Shown piece after piece: positions 58,924 through 64,000 of a stretch of DNA of 64,000 bases. A model generated the notes under the pieces. That model was given only the letters and a program-made list of their open reading frames with translations. It made no database searches and was not told the origin of the DNA. The stretch comes from Candidatus Omnitrophota bacterium (GTDB taxonomy: Bacteria > Omnitrophota > Gorgyraeia > Tantalellales > Tantalellaceae). The DNA is taken from positions 8,329-72,328 of the forward strand of contig JAYEOV010000035.1 in assembly GCA_034723315.1 (NCBI GenBank). Direction: 5' to 3'. The position numbers were made by a program, and so were the translations under genes. The number at the start of each line of letters is the position of its first letter. The stretch's first letter is position 1.

Positions 58924-59106
58924 GTTTATGACAGCCCTGTAAAGATCGGCGACTTGATTCCTGTAATACTTGTTATATATATCCCTGAGGATCTTTTTAC
59001 TCACTCGTTTGTTTAAATGGCTTACCTTCTTGCATGGTTGGTTCCTTTTCCCTTTAACCGACCCACTAAGATCGCAGGACTGTACATAGTTCTTCTTTTT
59101 TCTCAT
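58921..59106 (-). CDS. Small basic hypothetical protein
   Basis: GGAGG RBS, ATGA overlap with the AbrB-like gene. Confidence 0.5.
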   Translation of the reverse strand: MRKKKNYVQSCDLSGSVKGKRNQPCKKVSHLNKRVSKKILRDIYNKYYRNQVADLYRAVIN

Positions 59107-59276
59107 GTTTCACCTCCACTCTTTTTTGCGAATAAGACCCTGCCGTCATACTCGACAATGAATTTTACCTTGTCCCTGCTTTTAATGCTGAAATAGTTCT
59201 GCAGGGCCTTTGGTATGAATATCTGCCCCCTGTCAGAAACTGTCGCAAAAAATCTGAATTTTCGTTTTCGCTCCAT
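59103..59276 (-). CDS. AbrB/MazE/SpoVT family DNA-binding protein
   Basis: ATVSDRGQIFIPKAL..IKSRDKVKFIV, AGGAGG RBS. Confidence 0.8.
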   Translation of the reverse strand: MERKRKFRFFATVSDRGQIFIPKALQNYFSIKSRDKVKFIVEYDGRVLFAKKSGGET

Positions 59277-59363
59277 CCCCCCTCCTTGCTTATAGCAAGT
59301 ATATAGCAAGTATTTATACTTGTCAAATTAAAACAAAAAAAATATAACCGTTCAGCCATTCAC

Positions 59364-59519
59364 AGAAATGTTTGACCAATTCCTCGCGGGGACGCGAGAT
59401 TTTCCCGGCGAGAAAATCTCGCTTGAAGGTTGTCCTCGCTCTCCCTCAGGCCTCCGGCCTTCGGGAACCATGCCCGCTCGGACAACCAACACCCCACTCA
59501 AAATCGGTCAAACATTTCT
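59364..59519 (-). other. Structured multi-stem element 1 (candidate ncRNA or MITE)
   Basis: 14-bp perfect outer stem with two inner hairpins. Confidence 0.55.
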
Positions 59520-59610
59520 CGCAAAAGATAAATTTTGTGATGAACTCATTCACCGGGGCATCAGCCCCGCCCCGGCAACGTGTCTGTCTGGATAAACGAC
59601 TGCAAAGGAA

Positions 59611-59786
59611 AAGTGCTGTTTGGGCTACTCCGTGCAGGGATTTTGATCGACGAGCAAGCTTGGTCCCGCCGAAGCCCGATAGCATAAAATTATTTGGCGG
59701 AGGCGGGTTGCGAGGAGATCATAGAGTAAAATTTGCCGCTGGAGCAAATTTTACGTCCCCTGGTAGGAGTGGTCCAAACAGCACTT
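59611..59786 (+). other. Structured multi-stem element 2 (same fold as element 1, inverted)
   Basis: 21-bp outer stem with G-U pairs and two inner hairpins. Confidence 0.55.
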
Positions 59787-59940
59787 ATTTGTGCTTGGTA
59801 TGCCGCCGGAACAACTGAAATGTTACGTGATTTTTTTAAAGCTGAACTATTACGAAAAAATTGATAAATTAAGAAAAAGTGGACAGCATTTTTTTATTAA
59901 ATTTTAAATGTTTATGAAGATATGTCTTCGGAAGGGGTGC

Positions 59941-60081
59941 TCAAGGGTTTTTTTTCTCACTCTTGAGTTTTTTAACTTCATCCTTTAGCTTCTTTATCTC
60001 TTCCCGGAGAGATTCTAACTCTTTCCTCAGATTTCTTGTTTTATGCTCTATCTCGTAATATTCCCACCAGTCCAGCCCCAT
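59941..60081 (-). CDS. Small coiled-coil protein (46 aa)
   Basis: AAGGAG RBS, then MGLDWWEYYEIEHKTRNLRKELESLREEIKKLKDEVKKLKSEKKNP. Confidence 0.5.
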   Translation of the reverse strand: MGLDWWEYYEIEHKTRNLRKELESLREEIKKLKDEVKKLKSEKKNP

Positions 60082-60148
60082 GAACAGCTCCTTATCTCTT
60101 TACGTTCGCATTGGGCATAATATCTCATTACCGGTCTTTTACCTTTAA

Positions 60149-61666
60149 TTACCCCACAAACAGGCTTTTACTCGAAAAATTAGGTTCACTTGTAAGCTTT
60201 ACTCCCAGCTTTCTCAGGCCGGCCTCATCTCCAGGGGTAGGCATATGGGTCATATGCGCTTCGCATCCCTGCAATTCAACAAGTTTTTCCATAACTGCTT
60301 TCCCTGTCGGATTCGTCGCCGCGCTTATGCTCAATGCTATCAGCGCTTCCTCAAGGTCCAGGCTAACGTTCTTTGAATTTATAATACTCTCTTTAAATTT
60401 TCCTATAGAGCTTATGATCTCAGGGGATAAAAGGTGAATATTGTCCGGTATCCCCGCGAGCTTCTTTATCGCGTTCAGAACAAGGCTCGAGGCGGAGTGC
60501 AAAAGGGAGGAATTCTTTCCCGTGATTATAGCTCCGTCCTTGAGCTCCATTGCCGCTCCGCAAAAGATCTCTTCGTTCCCTTTTCCTTTCTCCCGCGCCT
60601 CCCTGGCGGCTTCCCTCGCAGGCTCGACAACATTCCTGTCCTCGGGCATGACCTTGAGCTCTTCCATTAACAGTTCCACCCTTTGCACGGTGTCCTTTTC
60701 AACAAACCCCATGACATACTCGCATGAAGCCCTGAAATATCTTCTTATCACTTCCTGTCTCGCCGCTTCTTTTACCGCTTCGTCATCCACGATACCAAAA
60801 CCTGCCCTGTTGACTCCCATATCGGTGGGAGATCTATATATAGACTCGGCGCCGGTTATCTTCTCAAGTATTCTTTTAAGCACCGGGAACACTTCCACGT
60901 CACGGTTATAGTTGATGGCAGTTTCATCGTATGCCTCAAGATGAAAAGAGTCTATCAAGTTGAAGTCCTTAAGATCCGCAGTTGCGGCCTCATAAGCGAC
61001 GTTCACCGGATGTTTCAAAGGTATGTTCCATATGGGAAAAGTCTCAAACTTCGCGTAACCTGAATTTCTGCCTTTCCTGTAGTCGTGATAAAGTTGCGAA
61101 AGACATGTCGCCAGCTTCCCGCTTCCCGGACCCGGACCCGTCACGATGACAAGAGGGTTCTTCGTTTCAATATAATCATTGGCGCCGTACCCCTCGTCGC
61201 TGACTATTGTGTCCACATCCGTAGGATACCCTTTTGTATAGCGATGCGTATAAACTTTTATACCCCGGCGTTCAAGCTTGTTCCTGAATATCCTGACCGA
61301 TGACTGATCATCGAAACGCGTTATCACGACGGCCGAGATATCTATGTCCCATTCCCGCAGATCATCTATCAGTTTCAAGGCGTCCGCGTCATAGGTAATT
61401 CCGAAATCCGCCCTTACCTTTCTTCTTTCAATGTCTCCCGCGTATATGCATAAAATTATATCAGCTTTATCCTTGAGTTTCTGCAGCAGCCTCATCTTGA
61501 CATTGGGTTCAAATCCAGGCAGGACTCTCGACGCATGATAATCGAATATGATCTTTCCGCCGAACTCAAGATACAACTTATCCTCAAACTGTCCCACCCT
61601 TTCCAGTATGGATGAAGTCTGTTCTCTCAGGTATTTTTCATTGTCAAAACCTGCCCTTGCCACCAT
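60149..61666 (-). CDS. DUF1846 family protein
   Basis: [39 protein letters not shown]. Confidence 0.93.
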   Translation of the reverse strand: MVARAGFDNEKYLREQTSSILERVGQFEDKLYLEFGGKIIFDYHASRVLPGFEPNVKMRLLQKLKDKADIILCIYAGDIERRKVRADFGITYDADALKLIDDLREWDIDISAVVITRFDDQSSVRIFRNKLERRGIKVYTHRYTKGYPTDVDTIVSDEGYGANDYIETKNPLVIVTGPGPGSGKLATCLSQLYHDYRKGRNSGYAKFETFPIWNIPLKHPVNVAYEAATADLKDFNLIDSFHLEAYDETAINYNRDVEVFPVLKRILEKITGAESIYRSPTDMGVNRAGFGIVDDEAVKEAARQEVIRRYFRASCEYVMGFVEKDTVQRVELLMEELKVMPEDRNVVEPAREAAREAREKGKGNEEIFCGAAMELKDGAIITGKNSSLLHSASSLVLNAIKKLAGIPDNIHLLSPEIISSIGKFKESIINSKNVSLDLEEALIALSISAATNPTGKAVMEKLVELQGCEAHMTHMPTPGDEAGLRKLGVKLTSEPNFSSKSLFVG

Positions 61667-61720
61667 GATCTTACTCCTCCTTTTTCCCGTGAGGACCACA
61701 GCCCCGCGTCCCCGCAATTT

Positions 61721-63124
61721 TCAACGGCAGAATGGGTCCTTGACCGAATTACTTTTCACCTTGGTGGGATAAACACCGCTGAAGCACGCCGAGCAAAAAC
61801 CGTTCTTCAAATCTTTCACCGCCTCCAGCATTCTCTCAAGACTGAGATATTTCAGGCTGTCCACCCCTATAAACCGCCCTACCTCCTCAACTGACGACAA
61901 CTCGTTCGCTATAAGTTCTTTCCTGCTCGGAAAATCTATGCCGTAAAAGCAGGGGAACCTGATCGGGGGGCAGCTTATCCGCATGTGGATCTCTTTGACC
62001 CCGGCCTCCCTTATCGCCGTTATTCTCCCGCTTGTTGTGGTGCCCCTTACGATGGAGTCCTCCACAATGACCACCCGTTTACCTTTTAAAACATCCTTGA
62101 TCGGATTAAGCTTTATCTTCACGCCGTGTTCCCGCATTTCCTGCGACGGTTGTATGAAAGTCCGGCCTGTATAGTGATTCCTGACCATGCCAAATTCAAA
62201 AGGGATACCGCTCAATTCGGAATAACCAAGCGCGGCATAGTTGCCGGAATCGGGAATCGACATGACCAGATCCGCTTTGACCGGGTGTTCCCGGGCAAGC
62301 TTCATCCCAAGCCGTTTCCTTACCAGGTACACACTGGCCCCGAAAATATGGCTGTCGGGACGTGAAAAGTAAATGAATTCAAAGATACACTGCGAAACCG
62401 CCCTGTCCTGAAAAGGTCTTCTTGACTCTATGCCCTCCCCTGAAATGATGACAAGCTCTCCGGGTTCAATATCGCGAACGTATTCCGCGCCCATAAGATC
62501 CAGCGAACATGTCTCGCTTGCCAGAACATACGAACCGTCTTTCATCCCAAGGCAAAGGGGCCGGAACCCCCGGGGATCCCTTACGCCAATAAGCTTATCC
62601 TCGGTCAAAAAAAGCATCGTAAAGGCGCCCTCGCAGCGGTTTAGGGCCTCTATCAGCCTTTCCTCGAACGTATCCTTATCCGACCGGACGAGAAAATGAA
62701 GCACAATTTCGGAATCCATTGTTGTCTGGAATATGGCGCCGTTCTTTTCCAGCTCCCTCCTGAGTTTGACGGAATTCGTCAGGTTGCCGTTATGCGCTAT
62801 GGAAACAGAAAATTTATGGTGGCTGATCACAAAAGGCTGGGCGTTCTTGATAATACTCGAACCCGTGGTGGAATACCTTACATGGCCGATAGCGCTGCGC
62901 CCCTTCAGCTCTTTGAGCTTCTTCTTGTCAAGAACCTCGGAAACGAGTCCCATCCCCGTAAGCTGGTGTATCCTCCTTCCATCGGAGACCGCCATGCCGC
63001 AGGATTCCTCGCCTCTATGCTGCAAAGAATAAAGGCCAAGATAGGTCAGGTTGACGGCAAGTTCGTGGTCGAAGATGCCGAAAACACCGCAATATTCTTT
63101 TTTATCGACCGTTTCAGAAAACAT
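61721..63124 (-). CDS. purF: Amidophosphoribosyltransferase
   Basis: CGVFG, QHRG, GHVRYST, HNGN, EDSIVRGTT, CFYGID. Confidence 0.97.
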   Translation of the reverse strand: MFSETVDKKEYCGVFGIFDHELAVNLTYLGLYSLQHRGEESCGMAVSDGRRIHQLTGMGLVSEVLDKKKLKELKGRSAIGHVRYSTTGSSIIKNAQPFVISHHKFSVSIAHNGNLTNSVKLRRELEKNGAIFQTTMDSEIVLHFLVRSDKDTFEERLIEALNRCEGAFTMLFLTEDKLIGVRDPRGFRPLCLGMKDGSYVLASETCSLDLMGAEYVRDIEPGELVIISGEGIESRRPFQDRAVSQCIFEFIYFSRPDSHIFGASVYLVRKRLGMKLAREHPVKADLVMSIPDSGNYAALGYSELSGIPFEFGMVRNHYTGRTFIQPSQEMREHGVKIKLNPIKDVLKGKRVVIVEDSIVRGTTTSGRITAIREAGVKEIHMRISCPPIRFPCFYGIDFPSRKELIANELSSVEEVGRFIGVDSLKYLSLERMLEAVKDLKNGFCSACFSGVYPTKVKSNSVKDPFCR

Positions 63125-63154
63125 AACCGCATCGCGAAAAACGCTTCACCCCTG

Positions 63155-64000
63155 TCATTTTTGAGTAGTTGTTTCTGTCGTCTTGATCTCCTTATAATAA
63201 TCCTGAAGGGACTTCGGCAGAACTTCTTCAGCCTTCATGGCGCTTATGCCTTCCACGCTTGCCTCAGCGGCGGCAAGCGACGTTATGTAAGGCAGCTTGT
63301 GCTGTATTGCCATCATCCGGATATAACTGTCGTCATGCTTGCTGTAACGCCCTACCGGGGTGTTTATTATCAGGTTGATCTCCCCGTTCTTGATGGCATC
63401 AGCAAGATTCGGGCGTCCCTCGTGCAATTTTTTCACCATTTCATTTTCAACACCGTTCTCCCGAAGAAAACGGCTCGTTCCATCCGTCGCGCAGAGCTTA
63501 AACCCGAGACCATGAAGCTTTTGCGCTATGGGAAGAAGACCTTTCTTGTCCTTGTCGGCCACGGTAAGTAGAACGTTCCCTTCCATGGGCAACCTCGTGC
63601 CGGCCGCTTCCTGAGCCTTATAAAAGGAGCTGCCGAAAGAATCAGCGATCCCCATAACTTCCCCCGTAGCCTTCATCTCCGGGCCGAGCAACGGATCCAC
63701 CACGGGAAACATGTTGAACGGGAACACGGCCTCTTTGACCCCCACATAAGGCACCTTGCGCTCCTGGGCAAGTTCCGGAAAGTCTTTTATCTTTTTTCCG
63801 AGCATTACCTGTGTCGCTATGGCCGCCATCGGGATGCATTTTATCTTGGAAACGATCGGGATCGTCCGCGAAGCCCTTGGGTTAGCTTCCAGAATATACA
63901 CCTTGTCATCACAGATCGCGTACTGGATATTGGTCAGCCCGACAACGCTGAGCTCCTTTGCTATGGCGGCGGTATACTTCTCTATCGTCTTAATATGTTC
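63155..64000 (-). CDS. carB: Carbamoyl-phosphate synthase large subunit, 3' part (runs off the window)
   Basis: LEANPRASRT, LGPEMKATGEVMG, MGS domain. Confidence 0.95.
   Translation of the reverse strand, partial: EHIKTIEKYTAAIAKELSVVGLTNIQYAICDDKVYILEANPRASRTIPIVSKIKCIPMAAIATQVMLGKKIKDFPELAQERKVPYVGVKEAVFPFNMFPVVDPLLGPEMKATGEVMGIADSFGSSFYKAQEAAGTRLPMEGNVLLTVADKDKKGLLPIAQKLHGLGFKLCATDGTSRFLRENGVENEMVKKLHEGRPNLADAIKNGEINLIINTPVGRYSKHDDSYIRMMAIQHKLPYITSLAAAEASVEGISAMKAEEVLPKSLQDYYKEIKTTETTTQK

Noticed and set aside
59368-59818. ORFs across the structured region (also 33452..33724, 26515..26733, 42668..42943)
   Set aside because: They translate palindromic repeat DNA and have no convincing RBS.

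Overview
Chromosomal bacterial DNA of moderate GC content. Gene style and the leader of the large kinase suggest Ca. Omnitrophota (PVC), but this is an inference. Housekeeping content: trkH, a frameshifted aromatic amino-acid permease, an acyl-CoA-ligase/ACP/PlsC fusion, a Leloir operon (galT-galM-galP-galK-galE), an ECF sigma/anti-sigma/Spy locus, malic enzyme, and a nitrogen/purine block (carB partial, purF, DUF1846, icd-like, GMP-synthase ATPPase subunit, purL). I saw no rRNA, tRNA, CRISPR array or intact transposase. Most notable observations: (1) a 1878-aa hybrid histidine kinase whose cytoplasmic-type signalling domains follow a Sec-type signal peptide and an unexplained ~350-aa leader with an H..HE..H motif, a candidate exported cargo or effector; (2) a sigma70 promoter followed by an ANTAR-like twin hairpin overlapping a terminator, upstream of a motif-divergent guaA-ATPPase/purL pair; (3) a ~180-bp MITE family whose inverted repeats donate start and stop codons and sit beside gene stubs; (4) two inverted structured elements with the same fold but different sequence at 59.4-59.8 kb; (5) a 7-repeat secreted protein with a VPELP sorting tail; (6) two paralogues of an unknown lipoprotein; (7) a three-member ECF regulon (GGAACT-N17/18-GTCTAA).
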